Shown here: positions 1 through 13,930 of the stretch, piece by piece
Layout of the letters: every line of letters begins with the position of its first letter
How positions within the stretch are numbered: position 1 is the stretch's first letter
Origin: Phoronis australis
Lineage: Eukaryota > Animalia > Phoronida
Assembly: GCA_002633005.1 (NCBI GenBank)
Contig: NMRA01000361.1
Coordinates: 335,344-399,343 of the forward strand
Length of the DNA: 64,000 nt
Direction of reading: 5' to 3'
Made by a program: the position numbers and the translations under genes
The notes under the pieces: generated by a model
Databases searched by the model: none
Seen by the model: the letters and a program-made list of their open reading frames with translations, nothing else
What the model was told of the DNA's origin: nothing

Positions 1-3000
1 AAAAACCTTTTACAATTACGGAGCTTTCTCAATAAGGCAAGTTTGCACTAAAATGATCTTACACTGTTCTAAGGAACAAACGAAGTTCAACGATGATTTC
101 TGTGATCCTATTGCACTCTGAATTTGACATCCAAATGGTGCAGCATCGACCAGGATTCCACCGTGATTTTATTGGTAACAGCCGATAGGGGACTCTCTTT
201 TAAATAATTGGTAGGGGCGTTTTTGCAAGCTCAAAATCCATCTCCAGCACAATCCCCGGGCACTAAACTGGGAAAAAGGATAAACACCAACAGAAGCAGG
301 TCTAGCCCAATGACCCCCTGAGATAACAACTCGGACAGAATTGCCGTCCCACTTAAGTTGGCGGCACGGCTCTACCAACCCCTCAAAACTTATGGGAGAG
401 CACCCACCACCGATAAGTACTCAGTCACGAACAGAACTTTCACACTCCGTACATGTAACATATGCGCACGCCTGTTAAGAAAATTAACTTGTTTTTAGCA
501 CCAAAATGTGGTTTTTAGTCTCGTTCAATGAAGGCTTTTTGTGAAAAAATTCCCTTTTTTCTGAATCTTGAAAATTCATCACATTAACGCAAATTTCAGA
601 ATTATAAGCTTTTTCACTAGAATACAAAAAAGGGGAAAAGAATGTAAATTATCACCAAAAAAGATTCGCTTGAATGGCCTTTAACTACTATGAAATGTAG
701 CCATGGACAAGACACACATAATACATCTACCGCTATAGTGAAGACATGTACATTTATATACAAGGGATCAAGCTCAGACTATTTGCGAAACTTTCATGAC
801 CAAAATTTTGTTGAAAGACGCATTATTTCGGAAATACTTGCGTGGGACTAAGGACACGCCTACACTACAACTGGGAAAGTAATACTTCTGATCCCTCACT
901 GGCCTTCGTCTAAGTTTCTAAGTATTTTGATACTTTTGCTCTACATAATGATGGTTTAACCATAATCTCATATTTAATATTTTCTCGTATAAAAATAAAC
1001 TATGTAACTTCTTGAAGTCCACATCATGCACAAGGTTTGTCTGTTTCTTGGAAACTAATCGCTACTTCCGCTCGTGTTGCTTGGGCTGGTGTGATGGCGT
1101 CTCATAATCTGAAAACAAAACAAATTCTGAGAAAAGTTTTCTTTGAAACCTAAATCCAAATTAGTACATGAAAACCTCATCTTTCCACCCCTTATGCTTT
1201 ACATAAGAAACCGCAATTGATTCGATTACGCGTTTCATCAATATTATAGAAAACTCTGTTTGTTCTGTTGTTATTAATATCAGTATCGTAGTAACATTTT
1301 AGTTGTTCCAGAAAAGTAAGGTTCGTTCATTGTGTTTAAAACGCGTTATCCTTTCTTTTCATTTTACGAATGTCAGGTAATATAAACAGAAACATAGATT
1401 CATCGTGCCCCTGCTGCAGCAGTTTATTAACTAGACCGCGAAGTAGCGGTTACCTGTCCATCCTTATATCGAATATAGGTTGTCAGCGTTTTAGCACGTG
1501 TTCTTGTTTCGTATAATGTTATCAAGGTGTGGTTAGAGACGATGCTAAAGGCGACAGTCGTTAGGTTTAGTCGTTTCTGTCACGTCGTCTGCATTTTCCC
1601 TTTACGATTATAAGGGTTGCGCAGAAACATCTTTACAATTATTTCTCAACACGCGTATCGCGCAAGGAGCATGACCCTGAGTTTCCGTAATTTGAAGTTC
1701 GAATTTGTCATAATCAGGTTCATCGGATGTCAAAATTCACTAAAATGCAAGTAGAACAGATTTTAAAAAGTCAAGTTGTCGGTGGTCATGTAGTCTCTTG
1801 TACACACATAGTTGTCAATTTGTCGAGTACAATTACTTGTAAATACGTGGAGTTCCACGTGATAATTGATGATTACATACTTTAGAATTTTTATAGGCAT
1901 GCAGATATCATAGGACGTCTTACCAGAAAACAGACCATTCCAAGCTCTTAAAGCAAGCATTCCCTGTAGCGGTAAACGTTGGGCAATTTAGAAGTATGGC
2001 TGCACAATGGTTATGGCAGTGTGCATAGTAACTATATCAGTATCAATCTCTTGGTTTTACTTTATTTCATATTGTATTCTGATTTATTCAAATTTATTAG
2101 CTACGTTCACAAATGCTGAACATAATTTAAATGTTCTATTTGTATTAATCCCTTTAGTGTGAGCGCGCACCCGCGCGTACATCTTTGCGCGTGTTCTGTG
2201 TGCGTGTGTGTGCGTGTGTGTCAGGGACTCTACGGCGGTGCGTGTACTTGCTTTTAGCCTGTATTGCTAACTGAGTGCTTTGAATAGGCAACAGATAATA
2301 CTAACAAGGCGTCCTATTAGCTCCCTTACGAGAACTTAGCACACCCTTAATATGCAAAATACTACTAATATTGTGACCAACTATGAGCGATCACCGCGGA
2401 GACTATCCACAAATCACGTTGTAGGTACATGTAAGAGGGCAAATCTGCCGTCGGGTTGGGGGTTGAAACATAAGAAGGCCGATTAGACATCTGATCGAGC
2501 GTTCACATGATAAATCTTCTCAGGGTTGGTCTAAAAACTAACTTTATCGCCACACCTGGAGTAATCAGGTACACTACAGTAGTGTATGTATCGGTTGTAG
2601 TCACTACAACCGATACATAAATAGAAAGATAAAAAGACGAATAGTAACGTTTCGAATGTTCCAGTTTTATTAACTTTGCACCACTTATAATCGTATTTTC
2701 ATATTATACACATTTTTTCCTATTCTTCAACGTTAAAGTGACCAAGGCTGGCAACTCAGCTGAAAATTCAGAAATACCATGACGATCTTCTTCGGCAGGC
2801 AGTGACACATTCTTCTCGTGCGAACGAAAAATTAAATGAGACTCGCTTGTAGTTCAAAACCTAGTTTATGTCGTTGTTACAACACGAAAAGCAGCTTAGT
2901 GACATAAAAAAAGGAAAATTCACGGCAAGTGAGCTACAACCAGCAAGATAAAGAGCATATGCCGAACCCACAAGATATTCACACAATGAGACACCTGTTT

Positions 3001-3336
3001 TGCAACAAAGGTGTTAATCGTGCTTTGCACCGTAGCCTGTGGTCAACTCCCCGAGTGTCGCGGTCTCGTCAAGCGAAGGTCATAATAACCATAATTTAGT
3101 GGTCAAAGCGCGATAAATTATTCATGGCAGTTTTTTTAATACCTCAGTATGGTGCTGTAGTGTATGTGGTCAACGCAAGGTGTCGGTAACACAAATCAAG
3201 GCTAATTAACATTAATAAGACCCAAAACCACACAAGTTTTATAGAAAACCGCGAAAGGTGCGCACAGGGTTCGTCATTAACTTATGCTCGGTTGAACAGC
3301 AGCGGTTGAACATCCAGACATACATACAATTCTTAA

Positions 3337-4271
3337 AGTGACAGAGTCGGCGTCAACGAAGCATGAACAAAATATGCAGAATTACACGAATTTATCTCAT
3401 ACAACACGTCTAAAGTTGTTTGGAGGCTTCAATTTTTCGATTTTGTTACGTGAATGTATTTTCCTCATGCTTTTGGTCCCAAAAATCTGTGACTTTCGAC
3501 CCCTCGACTGCAAATCTTCGCAACAAAACTTGCAAGCTCACTTTGCCCCACATGCAGTTCTAGAGTTCATGCATTGCCGAAATGTGGAAATAAAAAGTAC
3601 AAAGGTTAGCAGTTGCAAATATCATATTATAGGATTTTGACCATTTGGGATAGCGAGTATTATGTAACTAAGTCGAGATCATTCGAAAATTTTTGAGACC
3701 CAGAAAAAGATGTAAACGTATAGTAAGTCAAAGATTGAAAACATAACAAATTTTTTAAAACAATTTTAGATTTACACATAAAATTTATGAAACATAAGCA
3801 TGAATAACAAGAGTGATGAATGCAAACACACCCGGATGAGTACCCCAGCAAGCTCGATATTTCTGGAAATGTTCAACTCATCTCACACGGCGATACAGTG
3901 CTAGTTCCAAATGTTTATTCTAGAGAGGTTACTCCTCCAATTTACCAGTCGGCTCTTCTTTATATTTCTCACATAGACTAAGGAGAATAGCATTTTTTTT
4001 CTCATGCCGACTTTGATCAGCACTACACAGCGCTTGCGTCGATCATTTTCACGACAACCACCACCACAACAGCTCATGAGGTCGCCGCCTCGATTTCGAT
4101 TTACCTCGACAGGAAGCCTTTGTTAGGAATCGGCGATTTACAATCAAATCGCAAAAACACAAAATTTTACGGTTGAATAACTTTGGTCAACACTAATATC
4201 TTCCATTGAATCGATCCTAACAAAATAACCCACAAAATGCATTCATCGTCCATAAACCCGACTGTGTCCTT
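3337..4271. mobile_element. Kolobok-like non-autonomous DNA transposon (TTAA target duplication)
   Basis: Left end ttaa|AGTGACAGAGTCGG and right end CCGACTGTGTCCTT|ttaa form imperfect short TIRs flanked by TTAA. Confidence 0.55.
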
Positions 4272-4575
4272 TTAAACCACAGCGAGCGTTCTTGTACTTA
4301 AATACAAACACATAAAACATTTTAACTACAAATAAATATACATGTAGGCAGTTGGATTTTTCACTGTTTCAGTTTTTGAAGAAAAAGTTCAGCAAACATG
4401 ACACACATTCGTATTAAATTATCAACGTGGTTGGTAATTAATCTATATTTCTAAAAAATATACCTTGCATTCGATAAGGTTGTCTGCGTGCCTGAAACGT
4501 TATGGATGCGCGTTTCTGTTGGTGACAAAGAACATATGCACGTTTACAATTTCATTGCTGTTGTTATATCAGGGT

Positions 4576-4731
4576 CAGTGCTGTAGTGTGGCGTAGGCGC
4601 ACGTAGGCGCAGCCAATAACCTTTTGGCATTTGAACGTAGCGCCTACGCACCTTAATTTACGTTCAGTACTCAAGGTGATACGGTGGGCTTTGGGCGCCT
4701 ACTTACCTCTCATTGTACCACAACAGCATTG
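4576..4731. mobile_element. hAT-like MITE
   Basis: TIRs CAGTGCTGTAGTG ... CACAACAGCATTG; internal inverted GTAGGCGC/GCGCCTAC motifs; flanks atcagggt/atcaaagt resemble a decayed 8-bp TSD. Confidence 0.6.
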
Positions 4732-5046
4732 ATCAAAGTTATGCTATATTGTGTTCAAAATTGTGTTCTGGTCCACACCCAACACCTCCAAATATGAAGA
4801 AACCCACAGACTCACATATTCAACACCATTCATACCGACAGTATAAAACAGCAGTGCACAAGCCACAGAAAAAAGAGAAAGGCAGGACTCAAGCATCTAG
4901 TTGGTGGAACTGCCTCTTGGTTGGTGAAACGTTCACACAAATTATCAAAGAATAAATATTCACATTTCAGATAAAATGGAAATAAGTGTGGTTAAAGCGG
5001 ATAGAACACTGTCGCGCTAAGTGTGAAAATTACGTGACAGGAACAG

Positions 5047-5300
5047 GGATCCGTTTCATGAAAGTGACTCAAGACTAACGATGGAAATTTGGTCTTACCA
5101 ACCCACTTCATAATTGCCGAAAAAAGTTTAGCCAAGTAATTATGAGTGAGTCACCGTCTGTAAACAATTTTTAGAAATTAATCTCAATAACTAGCAGTTA
5201 TGTACAAATTCTAAAAGACTTCGGACTTTTGCTCAAGTGAGATTTCTTTGTATTTTAGAAATAGTTATGTGTAGCGTAAGACCAATTTTCTGACTTGATA
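5047..5300. mobile_element. MITE family copy A (truncated; related to 7396-7705)
   Basis: Shares collinear blocks with the 7396 copy: GTTTCATGA, GAAATTTGGTCTTA, CAAGTAATTAT, CAAGTGAGATTT, TTCTGACTTGA. Confidence 0.6.
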
Positions 5301-7395
5301 CACCGGAGGCTAATGAATCGTTAAATCACTCTATCGAAAAACTTCGTTGGTTTGTTTATTGAATAATAAAGAACTACACAATCAGATAATTGAACAAAGC
5401 TTATAGGTCTTAAACTACAAAGAAAACTATGTGTGCATGTTATAAATTTGGTGAATAATTCGTACGCTGTAGCTCTCGGGTCATGAGGTGAAATCAGGAA
5501 AATGGCCGAATCAGGAATGTGACAGATTGAATGAAGAAATACAAACGGGAAGTCGAGAAAAACATCAACAATACTACTGAATTGAAATACATTAGCCACA
5601 CTCAATTGCTGAGGGATTTTTTCTGACGCTCTTGCTTACTGGAAATATTCGCGCGCTATCACTAACCATAGCATAGATACACTGTTTAGTTAAGGTTTGT
5701 TCAGCAACTACTGGATGCCACGGGTGTGGAAACTTATTTTTAAAACGACAAAATACAACAAAAACAAAAATTCAGTAGGAAATAACAGGATCCCAGATGT
5801 CTGCACTGTAATGGTATTTAGTTACGGTTCAGATATTCACATCACACGATGTTCGTGTGAGTTCTGCGGTCACAGTGGAGTGCTAACGCCGGGCACCGCA
5901 GTGTCAATTTATTAGCATACATTACTCCAGTTGGCGTCTGGAATTATGCACCTCATCAAACGGCGGATGTCAAATAGCTGAGTGTACGAAAACATCAAGA
6001 GACACTCTGCTGGGGCACAGATTAAATAAATATTGTACAGATAATAGTATCGTTTTACAGCGCTTTCTGCAGGATAACAGGGTGTGGTAAAGAAAAGTTT
6101 ATGTCAACAGACTTTAACAAGAAATCATAGACCGTAGTTCCTGTAAAAGTTGACACGTCACTATCATGAGGGTTCACTGCTCCGAGGGTTCACTGGCCTG
6201 AATGTCTGCTAATGAGGTGGAAATGACATGCATAAATTATTGCATTCGTGTCCATTCAGTGATACTGGCAGGGAAAGGGCAGGCCTGCTTGTTCGCGAAC
6301 GTGCGCGTGGTTCCGGTGTGGTGGGCCGAGGGTTGGGGCGCAGCGGATAAACGGCATATCTGCTGCGCTATAAAATGGATTTGGTGAATGCATCTTGGTT
6401 GATAATTCGTCAATATTCCTACTTCATAGTCATTCTTCCGTATTCATAAGGCATGCTTATTTCGCATGCCTGTTCAGGAAACCCAACTGACAATGTGCAT
6501 TAGTACCAGAGCGTTGTTTTGGGTAGACAGAGCAGAATAGCAGTGGCCTGACATTTTATGACGAACTTATTGTCACTTTTCCCTGAGTCCACAGATCATT
6601 TCTGATTGATCTCCTAGTAAGTAGCCTAAATCAAAACTTAGATTTTGACAAAAAGTACGGGTTTAACCATGAGAATCGAATTAAATTGTTTGTAATTGTT
6701 GACAAAATCTACCAGGCGTGACAAACAAAGAACTGGCGATTTCACTGAGTGATAACAAGGACAAAGTTGAATATTTTGAGAACGAGATATTGAGCGTTCG
6801 ATGTTTACAAGATGTTTACAGCAAGATACGTGTCAGTATAAGGTCATTATCGCGATGACCTAGAAGCCTTTGTGAGTCCGTACACGGCCGAGAACACGAC
6901 AGCGTGACCCAATAACAGTACAAAAATGTTCATGATAATACAAATGAACTATTATTGTCTTTCTCTAGCCGACAGTAAGTAATACGCATTGTTGGCAAAT
7001 TACTTCCTGTCTGTAGATTTTAAGAGATCCATTACATAGAAGCTTTTTAATCCATCATAAAATATCGTGGGTTAGTCATTCTTACAGAGAAAATCGGGAT
7101 ATTTATAGAGCGTTGCTTCCCTCATTATTTTAAAGAAACAAAAAGCACTGAAACTTCTATTTTTGGCACAAAAGTATGATCACAATATGACGGTAATTTA
7201 TTTTAGTTTGGGATTCGAAGCGAAGCAAAAGAAACAACAGTGATGACACGAAAACAAGAACAACCCCCAAAGCGAAACAACGCCCACGAAGTGACCGTTA
7301 CTTCAAGTCTGAACATTCTATTATCGGATATTTGATGCAATATGACATGAATGTCAGCTAGAGATAATACCCAACGTCATTCAAGGAGTTCGATT

Positions 7396-7705
7396 GGGAC
7401 CTGTTTCATGACTTTCAAAAGACTAATTTGAAACAGAAATTTGGTCTTATGGTCCCACATCACACTTGGTGAAAAAGGGATTAGTCAAGTAATTATAAAC
7501 CCAAGACAGTCTAGAAATGATTCATAGAAATTATCTCAGTAACTAACAGCAACGTGTATATTCTAACAAGAGGCTTTTGCACTTTTGACCAAGTGAGATT
7601 TAATTATTTTTCTGCTGTGTGGAGGGTAACACTAAATTTCTGACTTGAGACTTTCAACCTTTAGTTACTACTCATGACACACCCTTGATGTTCATGAACG
7701 GCTCC
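7396..7705. mobile_element. MITE family copy B (possibly Harbinger-like)
   Basis: Terminal inverted repeats GGGACCTGTTTCATGA ... TTCATGAACGGCTCC; second copy at 5047. Confidence 0.6.
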
Positions 7706-8879
7706 TGTTTTAATTACGACAGGAAAAAGACATTTTTATCACTAATATCTACATAAGTTATATGGCGACAGACAATGAAAATAACAAAACAAAACTCGTC
7801 GGACTATTAGGTGAAATTTCTTTTACACACTGTAGCCTAAACTTCACAACGATATTGCCATCTTACAGTACTGACAATTTACAGTAAAAGTTACAAACGA
7901 TAGATCCAATTACGGCGAGTACACCAAGTCACGACTTGATTGTTGTGAAAGAACAGATGTAACAGGATAATCTGTAGTCAGAAACACAATACAGACTCAT
8001 GCTGATTTGATAACTGGAGGTTGAGACACGATACGACATCTGCTGATTGACACGATTTAATAAGTGGGAGGGTAAACAAAAAATCCTCTGACACTTTTTA
8101 TTTGATGAAAGATACCCCAATTCATAACAATTAGAAATGCGTGGCAGTGTGCATGTATGTTATAACACGCACGCAGTAAGGCCTACACAAAAGTGCCTGT
8201 AGTAATGTACAGTACCGGTATAATGTTCCTTCGACAAAAATTCATTTTTTTTCATAACGCTACGGAGAACTTTTAGTTTATACTTTGAATGTCTTGTGGT
8301 AGGCCATCAAAATTGGCCGGCTGAATGACGTCGCTGAACTTAACTTGTTGGTGACTTGCTGATAGGAAAAACGCAATACATCAGAGGTTGTAATATACCA
8401 GATACTTCGTCTATTTCAGAGACTTTTTTCTAAATTGAGATTATTTTAAAGCAGCTCCGCCACAAAAAAAAAACAATTTTTCGTGACCATTAACTGTTAT
8501 GAAGTCTCAGATTGGAAGTGATCTATGAGTCTCGCTGGAACAGAGAGTTTGCCACTTCTTCAGACCAAACTCATAAAATTTCATGACACGGCGTCTGACG
8601 AAACAAGGAACTGTCAGTCATTCCCGAGCTAGAGGTCACTTCTAAATCGAGTACAAGATAAGATCAACTTTATAACGCAAAGTAGCCTAAATTCAAGCTT
8701 GTTCTTTTTGACAGAAACTAACCCGTAATAAAACTGGACTGGATTTCCGTTGACGCAAGAATCTCGCGAAGGCAGCTAGTGTGGCCACGTGTTTCGTTTA
8801 CTTATCAATACATGACGATATCTCACGAAAATTCGCGTTTTCGCGAGGTTCTCTCGTCTACGGAACGCACACCTGCCTC

Positions 8880-9015
8880 CCGTTCAGTAACGCTAGGACC
8901 TCTCTAAAAAGCAAGACTTCGCGAGATTACGTCAGATATTGCCGTGCATTTGAAATGAGAACACGTGACTAGATTTTAGCTAGGTCCTAGCGTAGGTCCT
9001 AGCGTCTACTGAACG
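8880..9015. mobile_element. Small inverted-repeat element (MITE remnant)
   Basis: CGTTCAGTAACGCTAGGACCT ... AGGTCCTAGCGTCTACTGAACG form an inverted pair. Confidence 0.5.
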
Positions 9016-9071
9016 CACGCCAGTTCTCCACTTTTTACTCGCCAAGCCTGGTCTCCAAGTCACGTAACAAC

Positions 9072-10725
9072 GACTGGAAACGGTGGTTGACATCAAAAGG
9101 ATTACGCAATATGTTTAGTGTGAGCCCAGAAATCGCTTCTCGTCTAAGTAAGGAAGAATTTGAGATCACTGGTTTACGCCGAAATGATTTTTCCCAGACT
9201 TGGGTTTATAGTCGTTCAAAAGGCGAAATTGCGCTTCGGATTTCAACTTCAGGGATCAGATGTGTAATAGATTCACATGGACAATTCGCAACTCATTATT
9301 GTCTGGAATTCAGCCATACACAGCATTTCAACACTTCCAATTAAAACAATGACATACAGCAATGATTTCTTGATTCCTCGAGAGTAATTTGACCAAAATT
9401 TCCGATGCTGGGAAATATTTTAGAAACAGAAACCTTGAATACCTACATGCAGTGAAATTTTCAGCTACCCTGCCAGACAAATGTCTGGAAATTTCACGAA
9501 GGAATTAATATTCGAATGTGCACCATCAAAGCCAAAAGTTACGGAGCAAAACTTGGAAGCATGCCAATGATAACATTGCAAAACACGCGCCAGCTATGTT
9601 TTAACAAAAATGAATTGATTTTACTGTTGCTATAAATTAAAATTCCTTTAGCTGTTCTGATCTCAATGAAAGGCATTTTTTGAAACAATAAAATTAACCT
9701 AAGTAATAACGACGTTATTTATCAGTAAAACTAAGAAAATAAACAGATACCCAGGAACTCTGAGGTCTGAAATTTTACTATTTTCACCTAAGTGAGCAAC
9801 GCGAGAAACTCTCCCGATAGTTCTTTCGTTTGTGCTAATGGCAAACGCAGAAAACATGAAATTTTCCTTTTTAAATATAAATATATATTGTTGCCTGGAA
9901 GNGACTGGAAACGGTGGCTGACATCAAAAGGATTACGCAATATGTTTAGTGTGAGCCCAGAAATCGCTTCTCGTCTAAGTAAGGAAGAATTTGAGATCAC
10001 TGGTTTACGCCGAAATGATTTTTCCCAGACTTGGGTTTATAGTCGTTCAAAAGGCAAAATTGCGCTTCGGATTTCAACTTCAGGGATCAGATGTGTAATA
10101 GATTCACATGGACAATTCGCAACTCATTATTGTCTGGAATTCAGCCATACACAGCATTTCAACACTTCCAATTAAAACAATGACATACAGCAAGTCTTGA
10201 TTCCTCGAGAGTAATTTGACCAAAATTTCCGATGCTGGGAAATATTTTAGAAACAGAAACCTTGAATACCTACATGCAGTGAAATTTTCAGCCACCCTGC
10301 CAGACAAATGTCTGGAAATTTCACGAAGGAATTATTCGAATGTGCACCATCAAAGCCAAAAGTTACGGAGCAAAACTTGGAAGCATGCCAATGATAACAT
10401 TGCAAAACACGCGCCAGCTATGTTTTAACAAAAATGAATTGATTTTACTGTTGCTATAAATTAAAATTCCTTTAGCTGTTCTGATCTCAATGAAAGGCAT
10501 TTTTTGAAACAATAAAATTAACCTAAGTAATAACGACGTTATTTATCAGTAAAACTAAGAAAATAAACAGATACCCAGGAACTCTGAGGTCTGAAATTTT
10601 ACTATTTTCACCTAAGTGAGCAACGCGAGAAACTCTCCCGATAGTTCTTTCGTTTGTGCTAACGGCAAACGCAGAAAACATGAAATTTTCCTTTTTAAAT
10701 ATAAATATATATTGTTGCCTGGAAG
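9072..10725. repeat. Near-identical ~830 bp direct duplication joined by a single N (probable haplotype-overlap artefact)
   Basis: 9072-9901 is repeated at 9903-10725 with a few SNPs and small indels; the N at 9902 sits exactly at the junction. Confidence 0.9.
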
Positions 10726-13700
10726 AGAGTTTCTTTGGCTGTAGTCTGCATTTTATTGTTTCGCATTACAAGATATGACCACAAATTTTAAAAAATTACC
10801 AACCAAATGATGTAAAAACAATGCTTCTTGTCTATGCAAATAACCAGAATATGGGTCAACATTAATTCTCAACCAATCAAATGTCAACTTAAGTTCAAAT
10901 TATGTCTGACATAATTCATACTATAGAAGGCATTTATTAATCAGACATGAATCACCCAAAAGAGAATTCACCATTTTTTTAGATGTAAGGTATGTAAATT
11001 GGATGGTTCTCGTGAGTAGTTACATGTTTGACATAAATAGAATAACACTGGTGAACAGCAACCACAAATTTAGTCAGATATAAATGGAAGATTATGGCCT
11101 ATAGAATTATGCACAATTTGTTTGGAGAACTACGTCAGACAGTATTCAAATCAGGCAACAAATGCTCTAGGTAACCTGAATTAAAGCTTATCTATGTTGG
11201 TTTAAAATTAATGCTAGCATATATCCAGCATCCACAACACCAGAAATAACTTGCTTAAATTTTGTATCTTGCTATGCCAACAGCAACTGTAAGTAAACCA
11301 TGAATTCTGATGCAGAAGCCTCAGCTTAAGGACCACAGGTACAGCAAAACATGGGTTGCAGAGGGTGACAGTTGGGATTAGACAACAGGGCACACTCAGC
11401 GACAGGTTAGAGAGAGGTTGGTGCAAGTTATGGCGAGACCCTATACCCCACCCCAAGATGGAAGAGCAAGATAGGTAGTGAATATGGCATACCAGAAATA
11501 CACGGAAATTGCAACCTGTGTAACCTAAACATGCCTTTCATGGAAAAAACAATAAAATTGTTTTTTCAAAGTTAATTACAAGGTAGGTTTGCAATTTTGC
11601 AAGAGTGGATATTTCTGTTTGTTTTGCTTATGACATCACTTGCAAGAATGGTCTGAACAATTTAAGCATCAACAGCAACTCAAATTGTTTGGAACTTGAC
11701 AGCTTTCACAAAATTTGATGAAAAGCAATACCGAGGTCTATTTCAGATCGAAAATAGCCAACTTCAATCACAGCGAATGTCCCATTACCTAAACAGCATT
11801 TGGTATAACATAATGTTAATTTCATATTCGAAATATTATCACCAATTTAGTTACCCTCCCATACACACTTTGCATCAGCCAACAACCAAAAAGTCAAGTG
11901 ACCTTCAATGATAAGCTAAACTAAATCTCCCTGGGAAAATTCCATCTTGAAGCATCTTTATTAAGTATAGATTTCGTATTGATTAGTTGTCATCAATAGA
12001 GTCTTTCAATTACAGTCCATTACAGAGCACATGGTTGACTGAGCCAGGCTTTCATGTTGCATTAAAAAAGAAGAAAGAACATCTGAGTGTGTATGAAATC
12101 TGGCGAGTTTGCATTAAGTAATTAGAAAAATTCAAATCACTGACAAAACAATGCACATAAAGAAAACTAGTATTATGTAATGTTATCTAAAGCCTTTAGA
12201 AGTTTTACCAAATTTTATTGGCAGTTTTTGGGCATTATATTTGGCAGGTATGTTGTATGAGGCATAACTGATGAAAAAGTAATTTTTTTCAACGAAAGGT
12301 TTCAATAATATGTAAACATTTTATGATTCAAAGTGAAGTTAAACCTTATTTAAGAGGCTTGAGAGACAACACAATCTTAAGAGAATACAACTTTTTAATA
12401 AATTAAACACCTATTTGCACAACACATAAATACTTGAATCTCTTTAAACTTAGGTATAATTCTGATACAAGTAAATAGTAATAAAAGATTATCTACTCCT
12501 TGTATGTCTAGACTGAAGTACAAATATGTACCGGCATGGAATAATATGGAAATAAAGACAAAAAATAAAACAACACATCGTAGTCCTTCAAACCAGCTGA
12601 CGGAAACAGTTTCATTGCTTAAAACAAAAAGCTGACTTCCACTCGTGCTAGAGTGCGACCGTGTATTATTTTCTAAATATCATCAGCAGAGTCGTTTGTC
12701 AAGTTAGATTCGAGTCATTCTCAACTTGCTGTCGCAGTTGCCAGTCAGTATCCTGAACCGCAAGCGATGATCTTTAAAGTAGCGATACAAGCAATGACTT
12801 AATAATTTCATAGGTTCTGTTGCATTTTTACCAAGCCTAACGTTTCCATAAAAATCTCTGCAAAAAATAACAAAATTTAAAAATAATCATCAAAACTTTC
12901 GAATGGAAAAGATCACAGATTTGCATTCAGGAAAATATTGCAAAATACCCAGTTAAAACATCCAGGTGAACAATAGACACAGTATTATTTATAAATTGTA
13001 ATTAGACTTTAATTCAATTAGCAGGTGTTATTCTTTCACATTTCAGTATGTTTCAGAAATGAAGGATGTAAGCAAATTACAATCTTGACAATTTCATGCA
13101 AAAAATAAAAGCGCATGCAAAAAGCATTATATTGTGATTGTTTGTTAAAGCAAATTAATCAAGCAATAAAATTAGCAAACTTAGGAGTACAGCCGACCAG
13201 CCTGAACACGAGTTTACATACCACTATGACTTTCACTTACTTTCCCAATTTTACGGAGAAAATTTGAGACTTGCTGATCCAAAACATGCTTTAAAGTTTG
13301 ATGAGAGCAGAGATTTTTATGAAAATTAAGGCTCAAGTACGATAATGACGAACAACAGCAAGCAACAGGAAGAGGCAACAAAAACACACATTTAAGAGTG
13401 ATATCAATGAAAGCTAACCAAGATGCAATCCAAGATGGCCGTTCAGGAAACCCACCATGTGCACTATAAGGCTTGGCTGTGGTGATATACCCAACTTATG
13501 ATGGGACTTTGTGGCAGAAGAGCAACAATCATAGCTTGCATACTACAGGAAACTGGATTATGAACCTAACTCTTGAACAAGAACATTTGACTAGATCATG
13601 AAAATAAATGCTTGAACTCTGATAAAAGCACATTTAGTATAAAAATTTAAACAACGCACTAAAATAGAATTCCCAGTATGAGTGAGCTTATTAAGTTTAT

Positions 13701-13930
13701 TTTTCATCACGCGACTCAAGTCTTCACAAGTATAAAATTTTAGATTTCACAAACTTAAAAGCTAAACCCACTCATAGCGAGTTACAGTATAACTGAGCAA
13801 ACGACACCTCACAAAAACGTGAAGTGTTTAAAGACGGAACGGAGAAGAAACTCAAACACGGGATGCCAAGATGGCTGCCATTAACGCCAACAATCCAGGT
13901 TCCTGCATTCAATTCATCATCATCAATCAT

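Noticed and set aside
60-450. GC-richer stretch with a minus-strand frame interrupted by a single TGA (possible selenoprotein or exon)
   Set aside because: No recognisable homology, no convincing splice sites and no SECIS seen.
9087-10428. Duplicated ORFs of 85, 127 and 70 aa suggesting a tandem gene pair
   Set aside because: They lie in the N-joined duplication, one crosses the N, and they show no recognisable domain or splice support.
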